This document shows, in pieces, positions 1 to 13,889 of a DNA stretch of 64,000 nt (the stretch's first letter is position 1; every line of letters starts with the position of its first letter). The translations under genes were made by a program, and so were the position numbers. The DNA is taken from assembly GCF_006345805.1 (NCBI RefSeq), contig NC_043006.1:38502001-38566000 (forward strand), read 5' to 3'. The notes under the pieces are model-generated. The model was not told the DNA's origin. It did no database searches and worked only from the letters and a program-made list of their open reading frames with translations. The DNA is from Octopus sinensis (lineage: Eukaryota).

Positions 1-2122
1 ATCTACCATCAAAGACAACAGATCAACTCTAAAAGTAGCTTTTAATCCTTTTCCTGTTGTGTGTCTCACATGTGGTACCCAGGGCTTATTTCCCAGGCTT
101 CCAATCATCTTCTATGATACATATTCCCAATTTTTGTCGACCATCAGAATAACTTGGGACTTATGAAAGAAAAGCTTAATATTACTCAGAACGTATGAAA
201 CAAGGGCTATGTATAAGCCTAGGGACAAGCATGGATGTTTAGAACAAACTTATGAGAATGTTCTGGACAGGCAGAGGATTAAAAAACCTTAGATTAAAGA
301 ATCTGTTATTCTAAATTAAAGTATTCTCAGAGTTAAGGGTTTTTGGCATTAGGAAAGGCACCCAGCCATAGAAACTTTGCCAAAGTAAACATTGGAGCTT
401 CATGTTGTTCTTAGTCAAATTGGTACCTGTCAAACTGTTCCACTCATACCAGCATAAAGCACAGGGCTGGCTCAAGGTACCCATAACTCGAGCAACCACC
501 TGGGGTACCATGTACTTTTTAGCCTACATTTTCGCTTTTTCTCCTTGTGAAAGTTTTAAAAAATTATACTTGTAAGGGTGCCAAAGTTCAGTTTACTCAG
601 GGTGCCAGCAACCCTAGGGCCAGCCCTGATAGAAAAAGGATGTTAAATGATGATAATGATGATGATGATATCTGGCATATTTCCCGGGTGTTCATGCATC
701 ATACATGAAACATATTCTTAAATTTTGTCAATCACCAGAGTAATTCAGGAGTTATGAAAGGAAAGCTTCATTTAACCCAGAATGTATAAAACAAGGGCTA
801 ACTAAATGTCTGCTTATGAAAATGTCTTTGACAAACAAAGGATTAAAAAGTCATCTAAGTTGTTCAAGGTAGCTGCAAATTCTTTCATCAGACATTCCTC
901 TGTTAATATTGTTGGTTTTGGAGGTGATGGTGGTGGTGGGTGTGGTGAAAGTTATATAGGAACACTGGAAGTAAATATTACAATAGCACAATTGTTTGTT
1001 CCCTGATTAAGCAGAAGTTAACCCCTACTTTACCATTTTTCCAGCAGGTAACAAATAAAGGATATGACTCGGTCACTGTAGCAGAGCTATTGAACGAAAT
1101 GGAAATTGAAGGATGGTCTGAGAGCCTGAAAGTCCTATGTTGGTTGAGGCACTGAAAACTATTGGAGCCTTCAATGAAAGAATAAACTGTATTTACAATG
1201 GTTTCAAATTTTGACACAAGGCCAGCAATTGGGGGGGGCGGTTTAAAGTGAGTACTCAACAGGTACTTATTTTATTGACCCTGAAAGGATGAAAGTAAAA
1301 ACTAATCATGGTGAAATTTGAACCCAGAGCACAAAGATGGTTAAAATGCCACCAAGCATTTTGCCTGGTGTGCAAATAATTCTACCTTTCTCTCCCCTCT
1401 CTCTCTTCTCTCCCCATGTGATAGGTATTCAGCCAAGCCTGACCTTTCTTTCTTGGTTCAGCCATTGTCCGTACAACATCTATATTCCTCCCTGTGCCTG
1501 TGAAATCGTGTATCCCTGCCGTAAGGCTTTACTTCCTCACATACCAGCTTAATTTAATTTGTCCTTAGTTGAAAGACACCTGTTTTGTCCTGTTATTTGT
1601 ATTTGTGTAACATTCTCCATTTTTTACAGTCCTTGTTTTCGTATACATTCGCTGCTTTCTTCCAAGGAATCTAATGCTCTTAGTTTTGTTTTCCTTGGGG
1701 CTGGCCAGATTGGAGTAATCTCGAGTATAACCAGCCGAAATTACAAACATAATCTGGAACTCGACTGAGAAAAGAAAACTTCGAATGACCCATCCTTGCT
1801 TTCTTTGTATTGTCTATCTGAATGTTTTGTTGTCCCTTTTTGTATCACCTAACTGTCTGGATGTTTTGCGTTCTTGTCCCATTTTATATATATATATATA
1901 AATATATATATGTATATGTGTGTCTTTGTCGACCTGCTATCACTTGACAACCAATGTTGGTGTGTTTATATCTCCGTAACTTAGTGGTTCGGCAGAAGTA
2001 ACTGATAGAATAAGTACCAGGCTTACAAAGAATAAGTTCAGGGGTTGATTTTTTCAACAAAAAGGCAGTGCTCCAGCATGGTCCCAGTCAAATGACTGAA
2101 ACAAGTAAAAGAATAAAATAAA

Positions 2123-2160
<38 letters not shown>

Positions 2161-4177
2161 TATGACAGGTTTTCAGTTTCCATCTAACAAATCTACTCCC
2201 AAGGCTTTCGATGGCCCAAGGCTATAGTAGAAGACAGTTGCCCCAAATGCCATGCAGTGGGAGTGAACTTGGAACCATGTGGTTCAGAGGCAAGCTTCTT
2301 ACCACACAGCCATGCCTGCACTTACAGACTAAATGTGCAACTAGTAATATTAGTTATAGATGTAGAATTTATGCATTCTGTAAGTCTGGAGGATTTTACA
2401 GATTTTTCTGTATAATAGGGTAGCTTTAATTTAAAATAGAAACCCACACATGTATTCTTTTTTACCTTTGTCAATCTGTTGCTTGTATGTGTGTGTGTGT
2501 GTGTGTGTGCATGCATGTGCATGTGGGTATGTGTGTCTGTGCATGTGTATGTGCTTGTGTGCATGTGTGTGTGCACATGCATGTGTGTGTGTATTTTATG
2601 TATGTATATATATATATATACATACATGTGTGCATGTGTGTGTGTGTATTTATGTATGTGTGTGTATATATATATATATATACATACACACTTAAGTCAT
2701 ATATACATGCAGATACTTTTACACACATAAATTTACTTACTCATATCTATGTATATATATGTGTGTGTGTGTGTGTGCATGTTTCTATACATACACACAC
2801 ATATAGATAGACAGATGGATACATACATACATGTGTGTATAACTGTGTGTGCGTGTATGTGTACCTGCGTGTATATGTATACTCCTACACACACTGGCAT
2901 ATATACACAGTGCTATAAATCTGCAGCCAACACAGAGAGTGAACACAAGAAAAATATATATATATACAAAAGAAAAAAAGAAAGGAAGAAAGAAAGAAAG
3001 AAAGAAAGAAAGGAAGAAAGGAAGGAAGACAGAAAGAAAGAAAGAAAGGAAGGAAGACAGAAAGAAAGAAAGGAAGATGCAATCAAAGAAAGCAACAAAG
3101 AAGGGAGGAAAGAACGAAAGCAAGAACTCCAGTGAAGCCTGACTGAAGACTACAAGAGAATGGTTGCTAATTCATAGTTTGTTGCTTCTCTTGTTAGACA
3201 GAAAATTCTTGTGGAAAATTCTGTAATTGTTGTGAAGTGCTATCCTGTGTCTTTGACAATAATCTTAACTTGATTTCAGCTACGAAACTCTACTGTCCAT
3301 CTTTTTCTGATGGCTTTTGCTGATTTGGTTTAGATCAAGAATGGAACGGAACAGTGGTGGCGGCAGCATGGGTGGCGGCGGCAGTGGTGGTGGTGGTGGT
3401 GTGTGTGCTGGCATAGTTGTAATGTAATGGTATATTCTTTGGTGGCAGTGGGTGGTGGTGGTGTTGGTGGTAGTGACGGCTGTAGTAGTGGTGGCGGTGT
3501 TGTTGGTGGTGGCTATGGTGGTGTTGGTGATAGTGGTGATGATGGCTGTGGAGGTGGTGTTGGTGGTAGCGATGGTTGGGTGCTAATCATGGTGATTGTG
3601 GTGGAGGTGGTGGAATTAAGCTAGAGAAGTAGTGGTAGCAGGAAAGTGAAGTGGTTGGAGTCATGGCGCCAGAGGAGAGGTAGCAATGTAGAGAAAGGGT
3701 TGGGGTGAGAGAGAGAGAGAGATAGAGAGACACAAAGTAAGAAAGGATGTCTAGGATGATAGAGAGAAAGATACAGTGAGAAGAGAAAGTGAAAGAAATA
3801 TCTTTTTCTTTTTTTCTTTCAGTCATGCTGGGGCACTGCTTTGAAGAGGTTTTGGTAGAATTAATTGATACCAGTACTTTTTTAAAAATAAAGCTTGGTA
3901 CATAGTCTATCAATCCGTTTGCTGATCTGCTAAGTTACAGGAACATAAAGAAACCAAACCTGGCTGTCAGGTAGTGGTGGGAACCAAGACACAAACCTCG
4001 CCCCCACGCTTATATTTCACATTGTCTGCGGGAGACCAGTGGAATGTCTTAGAAAAATAGGGATTGGCCTAAGGAAGGCTATAAAGCAGTCACCTCCCAC
4101 CCACTCGCCTAAAATGATGAAAAGTAAAATTGACTTTAAGAAGATTTGAACTTAGAATGTAACGATACATTCACAAG

Positions 4178-4690
4178 ATACTTTACCTAACACTGCACTG
4201 ATTCTGTGTTGTAAAGCAGTCTTTTGCCACTGTTGTATCTGTCTTTTGACAATGGTTGCTGCTTGGACAGATATTGTTATATACCAAAGTTGTTGATAGA
4301 ATTCTTCTATCTGGCACTGTACGACCTCCAGTCATACAGTGTTATTATCCTCAAAAGGTTGAATCGATGTCATGTCCACTCTGTACCACAGTATAATTAC
4401 TATATCAGCACAGACATGACTATCAACACAGTCTACACATACTCTTGACCTTCTGTCAACTGATTACTGGTCTATTTATAATGGCTGGTTACTACCACTT
4501 TTAACCAGGAGGGGTATACAATTTCAGTATACAATATTCAGCTAATCCACTGCAATGTCAATGGTGATAATGATAATCTTAGGAACTACACCTGTAAATC
4601 TCTACAGGATGACAAGTGAATCACAGGAGGTCTGAAGCTGGACTGACTTTGAACTAAAGGCCGAACCCTTAAAAAGGTTATGGCTGGCTA
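4178..4690 (+). pseudogene. Highly decayed Ingi/Vingi-like LINE RT C-terminal region
   Basis: Fragments TLPNTALILCCKAVFC, RILLSGTVRPP and ANPLQCQ resemble the TLRTSALALCYS.AEYC / RIISGT.R.TP / C.CG pattern; many stops and frameshifts. Confidence 0.45.
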
Positions 4691-5593
4691 ATGCACACAC
4701 ACAAAAACACACAAACACACATACAAGCAGTCATATGAGTGTACACAAGCAATCACACACACACTTACATACACAAACTTTTCGTTTACACTCACCTTGA
4801 CCTCCTCTCCTAAACAAATACACATCTACATACACACATACAAGCATACTTGCACACACATAAAACCATTTCTCAGACAGAATCTGAGCAGACCTTGCAG
4901 AGAGAGGGCAAGTCATAACAATGAAAGGACTTCCACTAACAAACAACTGATTGATTGTTTAACCAGCACATTAATCAAATGATTGATTAATTAAGTGGTC
5001 TGATATTTCACTAGCAATAAAGAAGTGATATTGGACCAGTGTGTGTATTTGTTATCACTATTGGCATAATGACCCTCCCAAGACAACAAAATTTGTTTTA
5101 ACACACAAATTCACATCAAGGATCTTGAAAACCAAATACAAAAATGAATTAATCTTATGTCAAATCAGAAACTCTCAATGGGTTCCCCACATTGCACTGG
5201 TGTTCCCCATATGGTATCTTGGTGTACCACAGATTTATAAAAAAATTCAGAATTTAGATTTTGAATGAAAGAAAAAAAAAAAAACCAGGTGATATACATA
5301 ATCTTGTTATAGGTATGGATGATTAAAGAAAATATGCAACAGTTTTCTATATTGGTTTTTAAAGTTGTTAACTTTAAAATGGTTTTCTTTCAACTTTCCT
5401 TTTGAAGTTTGCTGGTAATTATTATTTGATCTCCAGCGCTTGATGAAGTGGGAAAAATTGAGGGTAGCAAGCTTAAATACTTGTTGTTGTTGCTTAGTCC
5501 TGAGGTCAGTTATGATTGAGCAGATCTATGACCAAAACCATTCTAACCATGACCAACCCCACTGTTTTTCTCAGATAAGTCGGCATTATCTAA

Positions 5594-5989
5594 TACTCTT
5601 TTACTCTTTTTTACTTGTTTCAGTCATGTGACTGTGGCCATGCTGGAGCACTGCCTTTAGTTGAGCAAATTGACCACAGGACTTATTCTTTGTAAGCCTA
5701 GTACTTATTCTATCAGTCTCTTTTGCCAAACTGCTAAATTATGGGGATGTAAACACACCAGCATCAGTTGTCAAGCAATGTTGGGGGGACAAACACAAAC
5801 CCACAAACACACACATATATATATACAATGGGCTTCTTTCAGTTTCCGTCAACCAAATCCACTCACAAGGCTTTGGTTTGCCTGAGGCTATAGTAGAAGA
5901 CACTAGCCGAAGATGCCATGCAGTGGGACTGAACCTGGAACCATATGGTTGGTAAGCAAGCTACTTACCACACAGCCACTCCTGCGCCT
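5594..5989 (-). mobile_element. Full-length copy of the dominant tRNA-derived SINE (minus strand)
   Basis: Reverse complement of the 12826-13236 family, from tail to head. Confidence 0.88.
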
Positions 5990-6194
5990 AATCTATTCTT
6001 CACTTTTTATTAAGACTGTAAGACATGACTCAAATGAGATTTGGCTACTGCTTTTAGCAAATCACACAACTACCTAATGTCTCACTTATTGGTTTGTAGC
6101 TGTATAAATAGTTGTCACTGTCATTGAACCCCAGAACAGCTTTAATCGACATTATTTACATTATTTACATTTGACCACTACGCCATATGCCCAC

Positions 6195-6300
6195 GGGCAT
6201 ATGCCATAGTGGTTAAGAGTGCAGGCTACTAGCCCCAAGATTCTGAGTTCGATTCCAGGCAGTGACCTGAATAATGATAATAATAACAATAATAATAATA
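6195..6300 (+). mobile_element. Short tRNA-like SINE head with (AAT)n run, preceded by an inverted copy of its own 5' end
   Basis: TAGTGGTTAA A box, GTTCGATTCC B box, then AAT repeats. 6175-6192 is the reverse complement of 6195-6212 (16/18). Confidence 0.7.
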
Positions 6301-6759
6301 AGTTTTTAGAATAGGTACACTCTAAATGTCATAGGTGGTAACTAAAAGGGCTGTAACAAGTAAAGTAAAGTAAAGGCTAAGTTTCCTTCTTGACTCATGC
6401 TGACTGGTTACTATGATATATAAATTCTCCGCCTGGACAATACACTGATCCGTCGCAAATTTACTCATTCTAACCAGCCGAGTGGACTGGAGCAACATGA
6501 AATGAAGTATTTTGCTCAAGAACACAATACATCGCCCAGTCCAGGAGCTGAAACCACAATCTTACGATCAAGAGTCCAACACCCTATCCACTAAACCATG
6601 TGCCTCTACACTAAAAGGAATGACTAGCCATAAAATATTACCACAAAATGACCCATCCAACCCAAAGGATTTAGGATTTCATTATCTTGCTGGGAAGGCG
6701 AGAAAAGATGTTAGCAGAAACTTGTCAGATACAGTTGAGAATGCAAGCCATTACATTCG

Positions 6760-6761
<2 letters not shown>

Positions 6762-6838
<77 letters not shown>
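6762..6838. repeat. (AG)n microsatellite
   Basis: Pure dinucleotide run. Confidence 0.95.
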
Positions 6839-6842
<4 letters not shown>

Positions 6843-7653
6843 GTGTAGCAAGAACAAGCATTGAGGGTGACAGGAACATCTGGCCTAGAGTCACAATACC
6901 TGACTCAATGAAGCTTGTGCAGCTATTTTGGAGTTTTGTTGCCTATATTGGTGAGTAGCTCTGGTATTCAGAGCCACTATACTACCTGATCAGACACCGA
7001 TTCCAGCATTTGGAGACAGAGTATAGAAGTGCTCTTAGCACACAAGTCTTTATCCTGAATGCGTCTTTTCCTTAAGACAGTTGGATAAGACTTGAGAGCA
7101 AAATTGCAGCTATTTCTAGCAAGTTGAACAACCACACAGAGGATCTTTTATCAGCTCAGGTGAACAGAAATGGCGAATAATAATGATGATGACCATAATG
7201 AAAAGGAAGATAATTGTGGTAATGGAATTGGTGGTGGGGTTGTTCCTCAGTAGAGGTTTGTTGGCCAAAGAACCTCTGTATAAACGTCTCTTTTATCAGC
7301 TCTCATGCCAGATCTTCGACGCCACTGTTTGATGCGTAATCAACAGTTCCACAGACAAAGACAGGAAAGATTTGATGTTTGTCATTTTTTCTTCTTTTTT
7401 TTTAATATTTTTTCCACTTCCTGAAACTGAATACTAACAAATGAAGAAGAATTTCTTCAGAAATTCTGTCTAGTATATCATATATTCCTATGTGTGAGTG
7501 TGTGTGTGTTTGTGTGCGTGTGTGTGTGCATGTGTATGAATGTGCATGTGTGTGAATGTCTCTGTTTACATGTGTGTGGATAAAAATGCGATGGAGGAGA
7601 ATAAAATAAGACTTTATTTCTCCTTTATTTTTTTCATTCTTTCACACTTCACT

Positions 7654-7699
<46 letters not shown>

Positions 7700-8076
7700 T
7701 TATATTTATATATATATATATACACATACATACATATATATATACACATATATACATACACATATATATTTATATACACATATATACATACACATATATA
7801 TTTATATACATACATATATACACACACATATATACATATGTATACATACATATATATATATACACATATATATACACACATATATACACACACATATATA
7901 CATACACACATACATATGTACATATATACATAAATATAAATATATACAAATATATATACAAATATACAAAGATATACAAATATATATATATATATATATA
8001 TATACATAAATATATAGATATACAAATATATATATATGTATGTATATATATATTATATACATAAATATATAGATAT

Positions 8077-8124
<48 letters not shown>

Positions 8125-10888
8125 AATATATAGAAATACATACATATATATAAATATATACATGTATATACCCCCACATACACACAGACAACAGGCACAC
8201 CGTACATATGAATAAATAATGAATCTATACATATAAGCATGTGTTCGTTATTTACAATAATTCTTCTTTATATCCAACCTAAAGCTTATAATAAGAAAAC
8301 CAATATGAATATGAGTAACAAGAATCATAGTTGAGTCTAATTTTAGTAACTAGGCCAGCAATTTTGAGAGAAGAGTAAAAACAGTTACATGCGCCCTAGT
8401 ATAAGACTGGTATTTTATTCATTTGACTGTGAAAGGATGAAAACAAAGTTGGCCTCAGCAGGATTTGAACTCAGAACATAAAGAGCCAGAGGAAGTGTTG
8501 CTAAGTGTTTTGTCTGATGGGCTAATGATTCTGCCGGCTCACTGCATTTAATCATTTCAAATTTGGCACAAGGCCAGCAATTACATCAACCTAAGTACAT
8601 GACTGGTACTTATTTTATCAACCTTGAAAGGATGAAAGACAAAGTTGACCTCGGAAGAATTTGAACTCAGACTGTAAAGACAGACGAAATACCAAGGTGG
8701 TGCTACAGCATGGCCACAGTCAAATGACTGAAAACAAGTAAAAAAGTAAGCATTTCTAATGTGACTGCCAGCTCACCACAATAATAATAATAATAATAAT
8801 AATAATAATTTCTTTCCAATTTTTGCTAGAAATTTTGAGGGGAGGGAGTAAGTTGATTACATCAGCATCAGTACTTAACAATTACATTACTGACCCAGGA
8901 GGGATGAAAAGCAAGATTGACCTCAGTGATATTTGAACACAAAATGTGAAAAATTGATATTTTCCCTGCCATTGTAAAGATTCCATCAACACTCAACCTT
9001 TGATAATTGTTTCTTATTTAGGTAAAATGTCTGAAAATTTGAGGGGTGGGGCAGAGCAGGCAGCTGATTTGCTGACGGGACATGTCAACAAATTCAATTA
9101 TTTGTAGCTCAGCACTTCTTCAAATACACATGTATGCATATACAATACATGTCTTTCAATTTCCATTGAACAGTTCCCCTTACAAGGCTTTGGCCAGCCC
9201 AGGGTCATACCAGAAAACACTTGCCCAATATGGTACACACACACACACAGCCACACATGTATAAGTATATCAAAAGGTTGTGTTATAATATTATTCCACA
9301 TATACAAAAACAGCCATACCAACATTCCTCCATCATCAGCTGTCCCACGGATATCATTATGGTTTCGACACCTGTGTAGTACCACAATCCAGCAGTGTCA
9401 AAAGCACTAAAATAAGTGTTGTTTGTGAGCAGACGTACCAAAGAAACCACAACTTTCAAACACATTTACCCTACATATAACAGTATCAATAAATAAATTC
9501 AATAAGTAAATCAAGTCTTCTTTCAGTTTCTGTCTACCAAATCCACTGATAAGGCTGGAGGCCATATTGTAGGAAACACTTGCCTAAGGTGCCACACAGT
9601 GGAACTAAACACTAAACCATATGGTTGGGAAACAGACTTCCTAACCATGCAACCATAACTGTGTAGATGTATACAGACTCTTGAAGCATTGTTTTTCTGC
9701 TGAATACTCTTCAACTGCAAACATCTTCAGAAACTGTTATTCAGAATTTCACATTCCCATTCGTTGGATAATTATTCATCACAACTGTCCAATGAATGGG
9801 AAGATGAAGCCTCTGAGTAACATAAGAAAATTACTATTTGTAAATCTCACAATGAGAGATATTCAGTAACAATACTTTGGAGTAAAGATTATTTGCCAAC
9901 ATAACATGGCAGTCCTGGTTTAGGACTAATGTTGCTGTAATTTAGCCCCAGGAGACATTGTCTCCAGCTGGCTATACAACACGATCTGTGTCCTTATATT
10001 TTCAAACAAGGGAATCTAGCACCCCAACTCAGCTCAAAACAATATCTGTGTATCGCAATTTCCAGGTTATTTCCCTTCATCAGCACAGAAAAATTATTTG
10101 GCTAGAGGTGGCGCTGCCATATTCCAGCAACATATGTCCTAAATCAGGACTGCCTTGTTATGTTGGCAAATAATCTTTACTCCTCTGAGTAACAATTTGT
10201 GCAGATGTTTGAAACTTTAGAAGAAGAAATCATAGTTGATTTAGCTGGTGTAGAATAATCTTTTCTACTCTAGGCACAAGGACCAAAAATTTGGGAGAGG
10301 AGGCAGTCGATTAGATTGACCCAGTACATAACTGGTACTTAATTTATCGACCCCAAAAGGATGAAAAGCCAAGTCAACCTCGGTGGAATTTGAACTCAAA
10401 ACATAAAGACAGATGAAATACCGCTAAGCATTTTACATAGCATACTAACGTTTCTGCCAGCTTGCTGCCTTGCTGGTGCAGAATGATATAAGAGAAAGGA
10501 GACCCTTTGCAGCACTTTCATGATAAACAGGATATCTGCCCTCACTTATACCAAAATGATAAACACTACATCACTTATACACCACCACCACCATCACCAA
10601 ACCTTGTAATCTATTAAATCATCATCATCATTGTTTAACATCCATTTTCCATGCTGGCATGGGTTAGATAGTTCGACTGGGGTCTGGGAAGCCAGGAGGC
10701 TGCACCAGGCCCCAATCTGATTTAGCAGTGTTTCTACAGCTCGATGCCCTTCCTAACGCCAACCACTCCGAGAGTATAGTGGGTGCTTTTTATGTGCCAC
10801 TGGCACAGGAGCCAGAGGGGGCTGGCATTGACCATGATTGGATGATAATAAACAAATATATTAGTAAATAATAAAATAAAATTCTTAC

Positions 10889-11117
10889 TTTTTGAATACA
10901 TCCAGAAAATGATGTTGAAATGTTGGCGTATTTGGATGTCTCATCAAAGTTTTGATGTCCACCAATGTATAGGTCTTGTAGAAGTGTCAGCTGGGTATAG
11001 GCACCCTGAGACAAACCTTCTGCTCGTGGTTGATTGTCAACTTCCAAGATACCATCTCGTCCTGTACGTGATAGTTTCACAATGTGCCAGTTGCCCAGAT
11101 TGACTGCGTGTGGACTC
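10889..11117 (-). CDS. EGFLAM: Internal exon (229 bp, phase 2-0): C-terminal half of the same laminin-G domain
   Basis: Acceptor tatttcAG (11119-11118) and donor aaa|GTAAGA (10888). Translation (R)SPHAVNLGNWHIVKLSRTGRDGILEVDNQPRAEGLSQGAYTQLTLLQDLYIGGHQNFDETSKYANISTSFSGCIQK contains the WH.V, LYIGG and F.GCI LamG motifs. It continues the 30562 exon in frame across a 19.4 kb intron. Confidence 0.9.
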
Positions 11118-11702
11118 CTGAAATAGAAACAATGAATAAATGAACTTAAAAAAAAAGAAAAAACAACCATCTGCACCCCACTCAAAAAATAAAAAACAGG
11201 AAAAGTTACTTGAAAATCAAAATTCATGCAAATATTTACTGATGGTAGAGATGAAGGTGATGGTCATGGTGATGATGATAACAATGATGATGGTGATTCT
11301 GAGGAGGAGACAAAGTTTGCATGATTTCTGCAGACACTCCAAGACAGTTTGCTAGTCAAGATGATCATAATGAAGATGATAACATTATTTACAAATTTTT
11401 ACACAAGGCCAGCAATTTCGTGAGAGGTAGTAGGTACATCATATCAATCGCAGCTCACAACTGGTACTTATTTTATCGACTTTTGAACTCAGATTGTCTA
11501 AACATATGAAAAGCTGCTAAGCATTTTTCCTGGCATGGTAACAATTCTGGTAGCACACTGCCTTACATGCCGATGCTAACTGGATAAATATAATCTATAA
11601 GATGTTGACTAGATAAACACATTCTGTAGGTATTGAAAAGAGAAATATAATCCAAAGTGAATAAGTGGATTATCTCTGTCTATAGATAATAAACAGTCTG
11701 AT

Positions 11703-12015
11703 ATCATCATCGTCATTTAACATCCATTGTCCATGCTGGCATGGGTTGGACGGTTTGACCAACGCTAGCATGCTGGAAGGCTGCACCAGACACCAGTCTG
11801 ATTTGGAATGGTTTTCTGCAGCTGGATGCCCTTCCTAATGCCAGCCATTCTGGGGTGCGTTTCCGTGCCACCAGCACAGGTACCAATCTGCATGACACTG
11901 GTGTCTGCCACAACTACGATTTTTGCTTGGGTTGCTGGGTCTTCTTCTCAAGTACAACATAATGTCACAAGTCTTGGTCATTGCCTCTGTGAGGCCCAAC
12001 ATTCGAAAGACAGGA
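11703..12015 (-). mobile_element. 3' end of an RTE-clade LINE (LGLTEAMT C-terminus, 3' UTR, (GAT)n tail)
   Basis: Encodes RMLGLTEAMT. The UTR ...CCAACCCATGCCAGCATGG...GTTAAATGATGATG recurs at about 10628-10830, 15790-16010, 28160-28498, 33800-33975, 36319-36631, 47430-47660, 59408-59525 and 63340-63709. A related coding tail (GRPRK.W.EV...D...LNLTKEMAKD) lies at about 26040-26190. Confidence 0.75.
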
Positions 12016-12825
12016 TATATACTGAGAATTTGGTTTAATGGCACTATTTTTACCTGTTTCCATTGTGTTAATTTCTCAATTTACAGTATTATTGTTGTTT
12101 ATTTATGTATTTTTTAAAGGAGACTAACAAAATAAAGAATTTTGTTATAAGAAAGCTAAGGTTTCTCAAGATAATTCTGTTTTGTTCCACATTGGTGTTT
12201 AAAAAATATATTCAATAACAACATCTTTGAAGTGCATTTCTTTTTTTTTCTTTTACTTTAGCTCACAGATTAAAGCAACAAGTGATAGATTTATTATCTC
12301 TTTACAAAAGCTATTAGCACTGATAATTATGACGGTGGGGCAGGGGGGAATACACAAACAAGACCAAATAAACAATGAACACTCAAAAATGAAAAAAAAA
12401 AACCCAAAAAACCCACAAATATAAACAAATATTTCAAAAGATGAAAAATATAATTTCTTAAATATAACAGTAAAATAAATAAATAAAGAACCCTTACAAA
12501 GGAAGTTGATTAGAGTATGGTATCATGAGGAATTACCAGTTTATTCCTATTTATTCATTTCTGTTGGTGGGCAAACATAAACTAATTTATCATCATTGTC
12601 TGGTTATTTGTTTGTTTGTTTTGTTGTGTTTGTTTGTTTGATGGCTTCCTTCTTTGATGGTTAAGAGGCTAGTTGATTGTCCTTGTTTTAATACTTGAAA
12701 TTCTAATTTGTTTGGTCACAACTGGAAGATATATAGTTGCACGCGTGTGCACACACACAAACAAATACATGCATACACACACATACATATTTATAAAAAT
12801 ATAAAGTGTATAAAATATTTTTATA

Positions 12826-13236
12826 GGCATAGGAGTGGCTGTGTGGTAAGTAGCTTGCTCACCAACCACATGGTTGCAGGTTCAGTCTCACTGTGTGGCA
12901 CCTTGGGCAAGTGTCTTCTACTGTAGCTCCGGGCCAACCAAACCCTTGTGAGTGAATTTGGTAGATGAAAACTGAAAGAAGTCTGTCGTATGTGTATATA
13001 TATATATATGTATGTATGTATGTGTGTGTGTTTATGTTTGTGTGTCTGTGTTTGTCCCTCCCAACATCGCTTGACAACCGATGCTGGTGTGTTTACGTCC
13101 TGTAACTTAGCAGTTTGGCAAAAGAGTCCAATAGAATAAGTACTAGGCTTACAAAGAATAAGTCCTGGGGTCAATGTGCTCGATTAAAGGTGGTGGCCAC
13201 AGTCAAATGACTGAAACAAGTAAAAGAGTAAAAGAG
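12826..13236 (+). mobile_element. Dominant tRNA-derived SINE family (head GGCGCAGGAGTGGCTGTGTGG, internal microsatellite, tail ...CAGTCAAATGACTGAAACAAGTAAAAGAG)
   Basis: Full-length copy. Near-identical copies at about 31836-32256, 38757-39076, 50391-50788, 51470-51826 and 56789-57163 (+), and 5594-5989, 29243-29878 and 42350-42750 (-), plus many fragments. Confidence 0.9.
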
Positions 13237-13242
13237 AGAGAG

Positions 13243-13469
13243 TATACACAGAGAGGAAACTCTTGACAAGACTGCTTACATGCTAGAAAGGGCAGTTAAA
13301 ACCCAAACCATGAAAAAAGAATTCACGAGACACACTGTTATAACATCAGAACAAACAAAAATGCATTAAGATTAACTAATTCATTGTTTGTCTTTTTTTC
13401 GTGGTTTGGATTTTAACTGCCCTTTCTAGCATGTAAGCAGTCCTGTCAAGGGTCTCCTCTCTGTGTATA
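13243..13469. mobile_element. MITE/fold-back element with ~78-bp terminal inverted repeats
   Basis: TATACACAGAGAGG...AAAAAAGA (13243-13320) pairs with TCTTTTTT...CCTCTCTGTGTATA (13391-13469). Confidence 0.8.
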
Positions 13470-13605
13470 ATGTTTATACACTCTTATATTTTTTAAAAAC
13501 GTTATAGCTTATGACTTTTATTTATGTTAATTATGTTAATTTAATACCCTCATGTTTACGATTGTAATATACATATTTATGTGTATAAACATACATATAT
13601 ATATG

Positions 13606-13889
13606 CATATAAAAATACAGCGTACATTTAAACACATAAGAGATGGCCATAACAGGACATCTGACCCGCTAAAGGAGTAGTTAAACTCCAAACCACTATT
13701 AGGGGTAATTTTGAAAGGGAGTGAAAAATAAAAACATTTATCCTCTATCTCCTGTACCATGGTTTCAAGCAATTCCCTTTTGAAATTACTCCTAATAGTG
13801 GCTTGGAGTTTAACTACTCCTTCTAGTGGGTCAGATGTCCTGTTATGACCATCTCTTATGTGTTCAAATGTACACTGTATTTTTATATG
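13606..13889. mobile_element. MITE/fold-back element with ~115-bp terminal inverted repeats
   Basis: 13606-13720 is the reverse complement of 13774-13889 with a few mismatches. Confidence 0.85.

Noticed and set aside
2322-3142. Many ORFs rich in YI/CV/HT/ERKK repeats here and at about 7540-8240, 17500-20400, 22440-23140, 45700-46300, 53300-53900 and 59100-60300
   Set aside because: Microsatellite translations with no domain content.
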